Source: an uncultured Alphaproteobacteria bacterium
GTDB taxonomy: Bacteria; Pseudomonadota; Alphaproteobacteria; Acetobacterales; Acetobacteraceae
Assembly: GCA_963838815.1 (NCBI GenBank)
Contig: CAWISS010000020.1
Span: 21,334 to 85,333, forward strand
Direction of reading: 5' to 3'
Length of the DNA: 64,000 nucleotides
Shown here: in pieces, positions 1 to 9,180 of the stretch
How positions within the stretch are numbered: the first letter of the stretch is position 1
Layout of the letters: every line of letters begins with the position of its first letter
The notes under the pieces: model-generated
What the model saw: only the letters and a program-made list of their open reading frames with translations
Databases searched by the model: none
Told to the model about the DNA's origin: nothing
Made by a program: the position numbers and the translations under genes

Positions 1-35
1 GGCTTGCCGTGGCTTGAAGTGGTCGTCGCACCCAT
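1..35 (-). CDS. pstB: 5' end of probable phosphate ABC transporter ATPase (runs off window edge)
   Basis: ATG at 35 preceded by strong SD AAGGAGGTG, directly after pstA; identity inferred only from pstSCAB order. Confidence 0.6.
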   Translation of the reverse strand, partial: MGATTTSSHGK

Positions 36-54
36 TTTCACCTCCTTCGCCAGG

Positions 55-952
55 TCAGTTGCTTCGGCGCAGCAGCAGACGGGCAACGATGTTGATTGCA
101 AGTACGCCCAGCGTAATCAGCAACGCGCCAACCCAGGCAAGCTGCACCCAGTCCTCGAATGCCGATCCAGCATATTGGTAGATCGTCACCGGCAGACTGG
201 CCATCGGCTGCGCCAAACTTAGCGACCAGTTCAGGTTGCCCAGGCTGGTGAACAGCAGTGGTGCCGTCTCCCCGGCGATGCGCGCAATGGCCAGCAGGAT
301 GCCGGTGGTGATACCCTGCCTGGCCGCGCGGTAGCAGACCAGTACGATCATCTTCCACTTCGGCGCACCAAGACCGATGGTCGCCTCGCGCAGTGACGGC
401 GGAATCAGGCCCAGCATATCCTCGGTGGTGCGCACGACGATGGGAATCACGATCACCGACAGAGCTAGGCAACCAGCGACGCCGGAAAATCCGCCGAACG
501 GCTCGACCAGAAGCTGGTAGATAAACAAACCGATCAGGATGGACGGGGCCGACAGCAATACGTCGGAGACGAAGCGCACCGCGTTGGCCAGCAGCGACCC
601 GCGGCCGTACTCGGACAGATAGGTGCCGACCAGCAGGCCGATCGGTGTGCCGATCACTGTACCAATGACGGTCTGGATCAGGCTGCCGACGATGGCATTG
701 AGCAGCCCGCCGTTGGAGCCCGGAGGCCTGGTCTCATTGGTAAAGACCGTTGGCGCCAGGCCGGGAAGGCCACGCCACAGCAGCGTCGCCAGGATCGAGG
801 TGAGCAGCAGCAACCCAATGATGGTGGCGGCGACACAAGCCAGTTTGACCAGGTTGCTGGTGCGATGACGCCGCCGGCCGAGGACCCGGGCGACCTGCGG
901 ATCTTTGACGGCGCCGGAGAGGCCGCGGCCAGCTGCTTGTGCTCGCGCTCAC
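55..952 (-). CDS. pstA: Phosphate ABC transporter permease PstA (5' end probably frameshifted near 930-950)
   Basis: [47 protein letters not shown] motifs; frame open to about 948, likely GTG start at 952 is in another frame. Confidence 0.93.
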
Positions 953-953
953 G

Positions 954-1916
954 TCACACCTTCAGCCGCGGCCGCAGCAGCATGCGGGAGACTGCCAGCA
1001 CGATGAACGAGATGACGAACAGAATGAACCCCAACGCCAGCAATGAGGCCAGTTTCAGGCTGCCGGTCGGGCTCTCCGGGAACTCCAGTGCGACGAGCGA
1101 GGCGATGGTGTTGCCAGCGGAGAAAATATTGGGGGAGATGCGGTTGGCGTTACCGATCACGAAGGTCACCGCCATAGTCTCGCCCAGCGCTCGTCCAAGG
1201 CCGAGCATGATGCCGCCGACGACAGAGACCCGCGTATAGGGTAGGACGATTGAGCGCATCACCTCCCAGGTGGTGCAACCAACCCCATAAGCGGATTCCT
1301 TGTACACGGGAGGCACGGTTTCGAACACGTCACGCATGGTAGCGGCGATAAACGGGATCACCATCACCGCCAGGATCAGCGCGGCGGTGAAGATACCGGT
1401 GCCGAACGGCGGGCCAGCGAAGAGGTCCTGCAGCAGCGGGATACCGTCGAAGGTGTCGATCAGGCTTGGCTCGATGTACTGCGACATAATTGGCACGACG
1501 ACAAAGAAGCCCCACATGCCGTAGATGATCGATGGCACCGCGGCGAGCAGTTCGACCGCGGTGCCGATCGGACCGCGTAGCCAGGACGGCGCCAATTCCG
1601 TCAAGAAGAAGGCGATGCCGAAAGCCAGTGGCGTCGCCAGGATCAGCGCCAGAAACGAGGTGATCAGCGTGCCATAAACCGAGACGCCGGCGCCGAAGAC
1701 CTCGCGCACCGGGTTCCAACTGGCTGAGAACAGGAACCCTAGACCGAAGCGGCGGAACGCCGGCAACCCTCCGATGAACAGCGATAGGATCAGGCTGCCC
1801 AGCAGCAGCAGGACAAGAATGCCCGCCGAGCGCGTAAGAGCCTCAAAGAGAGTATCACCGAGGCGAGTGCTCCGCCTGGATACGTTGGTTGTCCGAAGCG
1901 CGACCGCTTGCTGCAA
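954..1916 (-). CDS. pstC: Phosphate ABC transporter permease PstC
   Basis: ELLAAVPSIIYGMWG, ESAYGVGCTTWE, GRALGETMAVTFVIGN motifs; TTG start chosen after AAGGA. Confidence 0.95.
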   Translation of the reverse strand: MQQAVALRTTNVSRRSTRLGDTLFEALTRSAGILVLLLLGSLILSLFIGGLPAFRRFGLGFLFSASWNPVREVFGAGVSVYGTLITSFLALILATPLAFGIAFFLTELAPSWLRGPIGTAVELLAAVPSIIYGMWGFFVVVPIMSQYIEPSLIDTFDGIPLLQDLFAGPPFGTGIFTAALILAVMVIPFIAATMRDVFETVPPVYKESAYGVGCTTWEVMRSIVLPYTRVSVVGGIMLGLGRALGETMAVTFVIGNANRISPNIFSAGNTIASLVALEFPESPTGSLKLASLLALGFILFVISFIVLAVSRMLLRPRLKV

Positions 1917-1987
1917 AATACTGACGTCCTTGTTTAAAGAGGTGGTCGCGTGGCGGACAACCCCACCCCAAAAGGCACCAGGCAGCC

Positions 1988-3022
1988 TCACATGCTGCCG
2001 GGAACGCTCTTTTTCCACTCGCTGCGGATCGCGTCCTGCACGCTGGCCGGCAGCGGAATGTAAAGCAGGCTTCTGGCGAGGTCGTTGCCATTGCTAAAGC
2101 CCCAGTTGAAGAACTTCTTCACCGCGGCGCTCTGGGCGGGATCCTTCGGATCGGTCGGCAACAGGACGAAGGTTGCGGATGCAATTGGCCAACTGGCGTC
2201 GCCCGGCTGATCGTTGAGGTTGATGGCGAAGTTCTGCACCTTCGACCAATTGGCACTGGCCGCCGCCGCCTCGAATGCTCCCATCGTCGGCGCCACGAAC
2301 TTACCCGCCTTGTTGCGCAGTAACACCGTTGTCAGGTTGTTCTGCTCGACATAGGCGCTTTCATCGTAACCGATACCGCCTGGGATCTGGCGCACCGTGC
2401 CAGCGACGCCATCGCTGCCCTTGGCACCAGCGCCCACCGGCCAGCTCACGCTGGTGGAGGAACCGACCTGGCTCTTCCAGTCAGGGCTCTGCATGCTTAG
2501 GTAGTCAGTGAACACAAAGGTGGTACCGGAGCCATCAGCCCGGTGCACCGTCGCGATCGCCAGGCTCGGCAGCTTCATGCCCGGGTTGAGCGCAGCAATA
2601 GCCTTATCGTTCCACTTGGTGATATTGCCTAGATAGATATCGGCGATAACCGGTCCTGTGAGCTTCAGTTCGTTCGGTTTAACTCCTGGAAGATTGACGA
2701 TAATATCCACACCGCCGATTACAGTCGGAAACTGCATAAGCTTGTGCGCGGCAAGCTGATCCGCGGCAACCGGCATGTCCGAGGCGCCGAAATCAACGGT
2801 GCGGTTGTTGATCTGGTTGATGCCCGCACCCGAGCCGATCGCCTGGTAGTTGAGCTTGACGCCGGTCGCGCTGCTGGAGGCGTCCCCCCATTTGGCATAA
2901 ATTGGCGCGGCAAACGTCGATCCGGCACCGGTGATCTGCTGAGCCTGGGCGGTGTTCGGCAGTAGGGCTACGACAACTCCGGCCAGGCCAAAGGCCAGGG
3001 CCGCTACGGCGAACTTCATCAT
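1988..3022 (-). CDS. pstS: Phosphate ABC transporter substrate-binding protein PstS
   Basis: Signal peptide; ITGAGSTF, YQAIGSGAG, VDFGASD, HRADGSGTTFVFT motifs. Confidence 0.96.
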   Translation of the reverse strand: MMKFAVAALAFGLAGVVVALLPNTAQAQQITGAGSTFAAPIYAKWGDASSSATGVKLNYQAIGSGAGINQINNRTVDFGASDMPVAADQLAAHKLMQFPTVIGGVDIIVNLPGVKPNELKLTGPVIADIYLGNITKWNDKAIAALNPGMKLPSLAIATVHRADGSGTTFVFTDYLSMQSPDWKSQVGSSTSVSWPVGAGAKGSDGVAGTVRQIPGGIGYDESAYVEQNNLTTVLLRNKAGKFVAPTMGAFEAAAASANWSKVQNFAINLNDQPGDASWPIASATFVLLPTDPKDPAQSAAVKKFFNWGFSNGNDLARSLLYIPLPASVQDAIRSEWKKSVPGSM

Positions 3023-3076
3023 GCGATCTCCTCGGGAACGACGCGCCGCGGCGCGATCGGACCCTAGGCAGGTGCC

Positions 3077-3116
3077 ATGACGTGAATATTGCAGTTAGAT
3101 GAAGCTTAAATGACAG
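3077..3116 (-). promoter_or_regulatory. Tandem Pho boxes (four 11-bp-spaced units) upstream of pstS
   Basis: Minus strand reads CTGTCAT-ttaa-GCTTCAT-ctaa-CTGCAAT-attc-ACGTCAT, matching the PhoB CTGTCAT-N4 repeat. Confidence 0.88.
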
Positions 3117-3200
3117 CGAGGGAGCCTCTCGGACCGAGCTCACGCCGCCGACGGAAAATTTAACAACACCGGCACCAAGGTGCGAAACTGGTATACCTGC

Positions 3201-3229
3201 TTGCAGGCCTCTATCTCGCCACGCATCAT
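3201..3229 (+). promoter_or_regulatory. Putative sigma70 promoter giving a leaderless dut mRNA
   Basis: TTGCAG-N17-CATCAT ending 7 nt before ATG 3237; no SD visible. Confidence 0.45.
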
Positions 3230-3236
3230 CTGCGTC

Positions 3237-3692
3237 ATGTCAATTCGCATCCAGGTTCGTCGTCTGCCTCATGCCGAGGGACTGCCTTTGCCATCCTATG
3301 CCAGCCCAGGTGCCGCGGGCATGGACTTGGTGGCAGCGGTTGAAACGCCCGTCACGATCGGCCCGGGTGAGCGTGCGCTGATCCCTACAGGTCTCACCAT
3401 CGCGCTGCCTCCGGGCCACGAGCTGCAAATCCGCCCCCGCTCCGGTCTCGCGCTGCGGCACGGCGTCACCTTGCCCAACAGCCCCGGGACAATCGATGAG
3501 GATTATCGCGGCGAAATTCAGGTAATCGTCCTGAATACCGGCAAAGCGGCGTTTGTCGTTGAACGCGGTGCGCGCATTGCGCAGGCCGTTCTAGCCCCGG
3601 TCAGCAAAGCGGCATGGGAGGTCGTAACGGTGCTCGACGTGACGCACCGCGACATTGGCGGCTTTGGCAGCACCGGCAGCAAGGTGGTCTAA
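3237..3692 (+). CDS. dut: dUTP diphosphatase
   Basis: [31 protein letters not shown] and R..GGFGSTG motifs. Confidence 0.97.
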   Translation: MSIRIQVRRLPHAEGLPLPSYASPGAAGMDLVAAVETPVTIGPGERALIPTGLTIALPPGHELQIRPRSGLALRHGVTLPNSPGTIDEDYRGEIQVIVLNTGKAAFVVERGARIAQAVLAPVSKAAWEVVTVLDVTHRDIGGFGSTGSKVV

Positions 3693-3911
3693 TGTCCTGC
3701 CCTTTGCGTCCGCCGCATCGTGCCGCGGACGCAAGGGATTAGCAGACGCCGGCTGAAAACTCAGCAAGAAAGATCCTCGCAAAGCTTACCACCGGCGGCT
3801 AAGCTGGCTCACGTTTTCGTGAGAACAAAACGATGTGGATTCGCACCTGTTTGTGTATGTTAAGGAAATCGGACTTTCAAGAAGTGCGGTTTCGTCACGA
3901 CAAGGCACCCG

Positions 3912-4115
3912 GTGATGCTGAGCCACATAGCCGATCCAGAGTTCAACAGGTTGGTCGCCTTGGACACACCGCCGCAGTCAGAAGCGGCGCCTCCGGTCGT
4001 GGCTTTGCTAGACGATGGCGACCGGCAAACTCCAGCCAGGGCAATCGGTCTCGCCGCGCTGTTGTCCTTGCCTTTTTGGGCGCTTATTGCCGTTGCAATC
4101 TATTTCGTAGTCTGA
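3912..4115 (+). CDS. Small protein with a single C-terminal transmembrane helix
   Basis: Polar/acidic N-terminus then AIGLAALLSLPFWALIAVAIYFVV. Confidence 0.55.
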   Translation: MMLSHIADPEFNRLVALDTPPQSEAAPPVVALLDDGDRQTPARAIGLAALLSLPFWALIAVAIYFVV

Positions 4116-4419
4116 CCCACGCGTCGAATTTCATCACTGCCCTACGTCACAATAGATCGACGGGACCTGCAGCGGACGGACCAGCGATGGCATCGTTCGA
4201 TTGCAGTCTACAGCATTTGATCGCGCCAGCGACCTGTATCGCACCGCCGTTTTGAACCGTGACATGTGATCGGCGATGCCGATCACAGATCCGAAACCGG
4301 CCCGATCCGCCAATACATGACCCATGGCAGGTAACAAAATTGTTTTCCTATCGTATCTTATATCTTCCAGCGGCATAAAGCTGGTTGACCACATCCCCGG
4401 AGGTGCTGTCTTGGCTCCA

Positions 4420-5298
4420 ATGCGTCAGAAATTGTTCCTGGCCACAACTCTCCTGCTCGGCCTGCTGACCTTCGCCCAAGCCGCGCAGGCACAGGTGCGA
4501 GACCGGTTCTTCCTGTCCAGCGACGGCGTTCGGTTGCACTATCTGGAAGCTGGACCCTCAACGTCACACACACTGGTTTTTGTTCCCGGCTGGACGATGC
4601 CCGCCTGGATCTGGGCGCCGCAGATCGAAGCGTTCGCGCATTACTACCACGTGGTGGCGTTCGACCCGCGTGGCCAAGGCGACTCCGGGGTCCCGGCTGA
4701 CGGCTACGAACCGGTCCGTCGCGGCAAGGACATCGGCGAACTGATCGCCCACCTGGATCCGGTGCCGGTCGTGATCGTCGCCTGGTCATTGGGCGTGCTT
4801 GATACGCTTGCATGGATCCACGCCTTGGGCCACAAGGCAGATAACCGCCTGCTCGCTGGCCTGGTATTGGTGGACAATTCGGTCGGCGAGGACCCGCCGC
4901 CGCAAATCCTTCCAGTGCCGCCTCGCATCGGACCGCTACCTTCCCACTCTCAGGCGATGTACCGATTTGTCCGCGCTCTGTTTCATCGCATGCCCGATGC
5001 GGCGTATCTGGAGCGACTGACCGAGGCATGCCTGCGAACCCCGGAAGCCGCCAGCCGCTCCCTGCTGGCCTATCCGGTTCCACGATCTTATTGGAAAGAT
5101 GCAATCTATGCGACCCAGGTACCAGTGCTCTACGTGGTACGCCCACGCTGGGTCGCTCAGGGGCAAAACCTGGTGAGGAGTCGGCCTGATACCGAAATGG
5201 AAGTGTTTAATGACGCTGGCCATGCGCTGTTCATCGACCAGGCTGCGCGGTTCAATCGCCTGATGGACAGCTTCCTGCATCGGCGGGTCTGGCCGTGA
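4420..5298 (+). CDS. Exported alpha/beta-fold hydrolase
   Basis: Sec signal MRQKLFLATTLLLGLLTFAQAAQA; VFVPGW, DPRGQGDS, nucleophile elbow AWSLG, catalytic His in DAGHALF. Confidence 0.9.
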   Translation: MRQKLFLATTLLLGLLTFAQAAQAQVRDRFFLSSDGVRLHYLEAGPSTSHTLVFVPGWTMPAWIWAPQIEAFAHYYHVVAFDPRGQGDSGVPADGYEPVRRGKDIGELIAHLDPVPVVIVAWSLGVLDTLAWIHALGHKADNRLLAGLVLVDNSVGEDPPPQILPVPPRIGPLPSHSQAMYRFVRALFHRMPDAAYLERLTEACLRTPEAASRSLLAYPVPRSYWKDAIYATQVPVLYVVRPRWVAQGQNLVRSRPDTEMEVFNDAGHALFIDQAARFNRLMDSFLHRRVWP

Positions 5299-7736
5299 AC
5301 CTGATCGCACTGTTCCTCGTCTCGCTGGCGGCTGTCGGGTACGAGACAGCGCTGACGCGGTATTTCGCCGTCGCGAAATGGTCGGAATATGGCTACTGGG
5401 TGATTTCAATCGTCATGGTCGGTTTCGCCCTCAGCGGCGTGATCCTGGCGCTGTGGCGGGATCTACTTGTTCGCAACAGCAGGCATGTGATGGCTGCACT
5501 ACCGGCCCTACTGGTAACCAGCGCCGCGGCCGGCTACTATTTTACGACAATTAATCCGTTCAACCCACTGCTATTGCAGAATCCTGCAACTTGGCAGTCG
5601 CAGCTCTGGAACATCGCCGGCTACTATGTTGCCCTGCTGCCGTTCTTTTTCCTGGCTGGCCTCTTCATCAGCCTCAGCTTTGTTCGCTATGCCGATCGCA
5701 TCGGTCTGGTTTACGCCTTCGACCTGACCGGCGCTGGCGCCGGCGCCGCCGCGGTTCTGGCGGCGATGTATTTCGTTCATGCATTCACCCTGGTGCCGCT
5801 GCTGCTGGTGCCGCTGGCGCTCAGCGCGGTCTTCGCCGGCGATTCATATCGAGGCCGAGCGATACTTGCGGCACTATTGGCACTTGGTGCAGCCGAGGCT
5901 GTGCTGGTGCTGGATAACCAGGCCGCCTACAATGATTTCAAGGCGATCTACGCGCCGCTTCACACGCCCGATGCGAAACTTGTCGCTTCGGTAACGTCGC
6001 CACGCGGTGACTATGTCCTGCTGGACGACTTCACGGAGCGGGTCGACACTGATATCTCGAATAATGCCGGGATGCTGGGCGTGGAGGGTCCACCGCGGAC
6101 CTACGGCCTGTATCGCGACGGCAACCGGATCGCCGCCCTGCCGACGGAGCGCACGTTGGACACCGGCTACGCTGGTGCGGCACTTGACGCATTGCCCTAC
6201 ATCTTATTGCCGCATGCCAGAACCTTGCTGGCCGGCGCTTCGGGCGGATTCCGCGTCGCCGAGGTCGTGCGGCTTGGCGCCGCCAAGGTTCGTGTGCTGG
6301 AGTCGGAGCCGGTGCTGTTCCAAGCGCTGCGCAACGGCCTTGGACCGGCGCCGCCCGTGGCTGCGGCGACCGGCGTCCATATCACCGATGCGGGTCCGCT
6401 CGCTGGCCTGCAACGCGGCGCCTTCGATGTCGTGGACCTGTCCGCCGACTTGCTGGACACGGCGGACATCAACGCCAGCGCTTTCACGCAGGAGGCGATC
6501 GTCGGCTATCTTGCCGCTTTGGCACCCGGCGGCATGGTGTCGATCCCGGTTTCCATACGCGATTTCCCGGTCTACGCGCTGCGCATGCTGGCGACGGTTC
6601 GCGCCGCCTTGCGCAGCACCGGCATCGATGACCCGACCCGCCACGTCATGGTCTATCGCTCCGCCTGGAACGTCCGCATCCTGATTTCGCCGAGCGGTTG
6701 GAGCACGGCGCAAATCGCCATCGCCCGCAAGTTCGCCGACGACCGCTCGTTCGACATGACTTGGTATCCCGGCATGGACGTCACTGCCGCCCGAACCAGC
6801 ATTTACAATGACCTGCCAGCCGTTTCCTTCGACAAAGGTGAGGTCGAGGCGTCCGGTCCCGATGATGCGATCGCCGACGAGGCGGAAGCCGTTCTGTCCG
6901 GTCGCGAATCACCGTCGCGGGAGCAGTTCAACCTGTCTCCGATTACGCTCGACAAGCCGTTCTTCTATGCCGTGCTGCGGCTGGATCGGATCGGCACCAT
7001 CTTGAAGCGGTTGGAAATCCTGCCGCAGGCGGAGGTCGGCGCGCTGGTCAACCTCGCTGTTCTGGCGCAAGCCGTGGTCATCGCGGTTCTCGTGCTGCTG
7101 GTGCCGCTCGCGGCGCCAAATCGGGTGCGGGCGCCACAAGCTGGACTGCTGCGCGCGGTTATCTACTTTCCGGTTCTGGCGCTGGGCTTCCTGTTCATCG
7201 AGATTTACCTGATCGAGAAGGCCAGCTTCTGGTTGACCGACCGCACCAGCGGTTTTGCCCTTGTGCTGACCGGAATGTTGGTGTTCTCCGGTCTCGGCAG
7301 CCTGATCAGCGGCTGGTTTGCCGGCGCGCCACGGCAGGGGATCGCATTGGCGGCCGGCATCATCGTGGCCTGGTGCATCGCCGGGTCTCTCTACCTGGAG
7401 CCGCTGGTCCTCGCCACGCTGGATTGGCCGTATGTCACCCGAACCTGCCTCATGCTTGTTGTCATCGCGCCAGTTTCCGTCGCACTGGGCCTGCCGTTCC
7501 CGCTGGGGCTCAGCAGAGCCGGAACTGGTGGCTTTCTGCCGTGGGCCTGGGGATTGAACGGCGCCTTCTCCGTGGTGGCGACGCCGTTGGCCAACCTGAT
7601 CGCGCGCGAAGCCGGCTTCAGCCGGGTTCTGTTGTGTTCGGCGATCCTGTATGGCATCGCCCTGGTTACATTTCCCGCAATGAGGAAACGCTCCGCTTGG
7701 CACGATATTCCCGCACCATCACCCGCCGCGGAGTGA
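5295..7736 (+). CDS. Polytopic membrane protein with a central spermidine-synthase-like/class I SAM-binding domain
   Basis: About 7 TM + soluble domain (LLAGASGG...VLESEP, FDVVDL, LAPGG) + about 7 TM; YAFDLTGAGAG and WAWGLNGAFSV motifs. Confidence 0.8.
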   Translation: MNLIALFLVSLAAVGYETALTRYFAVAKWSEYGYWVISIVMVGFALSGVILALWRDLLVRNSRHVMAALPALLVTSAAAGYYFTTINPFNPLLLQNPATWQSQLWNIAGYYVALLPFFFLAGLFISLSFVRYADRIGLVYAFDLTGAGAGAAAVLAAMYFVHAFTLVPLLLVPLALSAVFAGDSYRGRAILAALLALGAAEAVLVLDNQAAYNDFKAIYAPLHTPDAKLVASVTSPRGDYVLLDDFTERVDTDISNNAGMLGVEGPPRTYGLYRDGNRIAALPTERTLDTGYAGAALDALPYILLPHARTLLAGASGGFRVAEVVRLGAAKVRVLESEPVLFQALRNGLGPAPPVAAATGVHITDAGPLAGLQRGAFDVVDLSADLLDTADINASAFTQEAIVGYLAALAPGGMVSIPVSIRDFPVYALRMLATVRAALRSTGIDDPTRHVMVYRSAWNVRILISPSGWSTAQIAIARKFADDRSFDMTWYPGMDVTAARTSIYNDLPAVSFDKGEVEASGPDDAIADEAEAVLSGRESPSREQFNLSPITLDKPFFYAVLRLDRIGTILKRLEILPQAEVGALVNLAVLAQAVVIAVLVLLVPLAAPNRVRAPQAGLLRAVIYFPVLALGFLFIEIYLIEKASFWLTDRTSGFALVLTGMLVFSGLGSLISGWFAGAPRQGIALAAGIIVAWCIAGSLYLEPLVLATLDWPYVTRTCLMLVVIAPVSVALGLPFPLGLSRAGTGGFLPWAWGLNGAFSVVATPLANLIAREAGFSRVLLCSAILYGIALVTFPAMRKRSAWHDIPAPSPAAE

Positions 7737-8647
7737 TCTCTGCCGTCGGGTCTGCCGCCGCCTTGGCGGTGGTTCGTCCCGGCGCGGCGGCACCGGCCTG
7801 GACCCGCACGGCGTACGAACAGGCGATGCGGGCGTCCGGCCGTCCGGTCAGCCTGACCGACGCCCAGTTCAACGCGATTCAAAAGCGCAAGCCGGCAGCG
7901 ATCACCCGCATCGAAAGCTACCTAAAGGAGCGGCTCGGCGCGGCGGACCCGGCGGTGATGGCAGCCTTTCAGGCGGTTCCCCGTGAGTATTTCCACTACG
8001 ACTACCCGGAGCATCGGGCGACCCCAGGCGATGCCTATGAGGATACGCCAAAGCCGTGGGCACTGGGCTACGGCTCCGCGCTGTCGGATTATCTGGGTCA
8101 AGCGTACATGACCCAGATCGCCAAGCCCACCGCCAACGAGGTAACCCTGGAGGTTGGCACCGGTAGCGGCTTTCAGAGCAGCCTGCTGTCGCGCATCGTC
8201 AAGACCGCCTACTCGATCGAGATCATCGAGCCACTCGGCCGAGCGGTCGGGCGCATTTTCACCCCCCTCGGCTACGACAATGTGCACACGCGGGTGGGCG
8301 ACGGCTATTACGGCTGGCCCGAGGTGAAAGGCGGCTTCGACATCATCATCGTCACCTGTGCGGCGACCTTCGCACCGCCCGATTTGTTCAAGCAGCTCAA
8401 GCCCGGCGGGCGGTTGATCATCCCGATTGGCCAGCCGTTCAAGCGTGGCCAGGTGCTCTACATCTATACCAAGGACAGCGAGGGCAAGATCCACTCGCGC
8501 CGGGATATTGGTGTATTCTTCATCCCGATGACCGGGGCGATCCAGAAGACCCAGCCCGTGCGGCCTGAAACGGTGTCCGAGCAACGCCCCGCAACGGAAA
8601 AAGCGGCACCGGACGACGAAGCCAAGGTCAAGCCCGGGACGGAATGA
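7697..8647 (+). CDS. Protein-L-isoaspartate O-methyltransferase family protein with twin-arginine signal
   Basis: VPREYF, LEVGTGSGFQ, SIEI, GDGYYGWP, FDIIIVT, QLKPGGRLIIP, FIPMTG; TTG start after GAGGA gives MARYSRTITRRGVISAVGSAAALA. Confidence 0.88.
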   Translation: MARYSRTITRRGVISAVGSAAALAVVRPGAAAPAWTRTAYEQAMRASGRPVSLTDAQFNAIQKRKPAAITRIESYLKERLGAADPAVMAAFQAVPREYFHYDYPEHRATPGDAYEDTPKPWALGYGSALSDYLGQAYMTQIAKPTANEVTLEVGTGSGFQSSLLSRIVKTAYSIEIIEPLGRAVGRIFTPLGYDNVHTRVGDGYYGWPEVKGGFDIIIVTCAATFAPPDLFKQLKPGGRLIIPIGQPFKRGQVLYIYTKDSEGKIHSRRDIGVFFIPMTGAIQKTQPVRPETVSEQRPATEKAAPDDEAKVKPGTE

Positions 8648-8772
8648 AAGCGGTAGCCGCTGATTGCGGTGATTGACAATGACTTGAATGGCCTCGGTGG
8701 CGCGTGAACGACAGGGAGGATCTGGGCCAGCAGCTCGGGCGCGTGACGCTTGATCACGCCGTTGGCCAGGGG

Positions 8773-9180
8773 TCAGGCCAGCGGGGTCCTGCTGAACCGC
8801 GCGTAGATCGAAGGTGCGCCGAAGAAATACCAGATCGCCAGCCCAACGTCACAGATTGCGCAGCCAATCGATGAATCCGGCAGAAAAGGAACAATCGGGT
8901 TGCCGTAGAGGTGATGCACGACATCCCACATCATGTGCAGTAACCAGGCGACGCCGATGCACCAGTAGTATCTCAGTCCGAAATACGCCAGGCAGGTGAT
9001 GACCGCGCAGAAGGCAAATTCCCATATACCCAGGCCGCCGTTCAGATAGGCGGCGCCTGCGCCGGCAACCAAGATGGCGCTGAAGTTGCGCCGACCCGGC
9101 TCCTTGAACAAAGAGCAGCCGGCGATGACGAACACAGCCACGACCAGCGGCGAGATCATCTGCGGGACGCTGAGCGGCAT
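8773..9180 (-). CDS. DUF6010-like membrane protein
   Basis: Several TM helices; AGAGAAYL, HMMWDVVHH, CAICD motifs recalled for this family. Confidence 0.7.
   Translation of the reverse strand: MPLSVPQMISPLVVAVFVIAGCSLFKEPGRRNFSAILVAGAGAAYLNGGLGIWEFAFCAVITCLAYFGLRYYWCIGVAWLLHMMWDVVHHLYGNPIVPFLPDSSIGCAICDVGLAIWYFFGAPSIYARFSRTPLA

Noticed and set aside
7373-7696. N-terminal extension of the 424-aa ORF
   Set aside because: It overlaps the membrane gene in another frame and reads as non-protein-like; TTG 7697 has an SD and gives a Tat signal.
5295-7736. Calling this gene speE (spermidine synthase)
   Set aside because: No DxxDP motif seen, degenerate motif I, and predicted periplasmic location.
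8648-8772. Possible gene remnant (PLANGVIKRHAPELLAQIL) after the DUF6010 gene
   Set aside because: Too short and no recognisable family.
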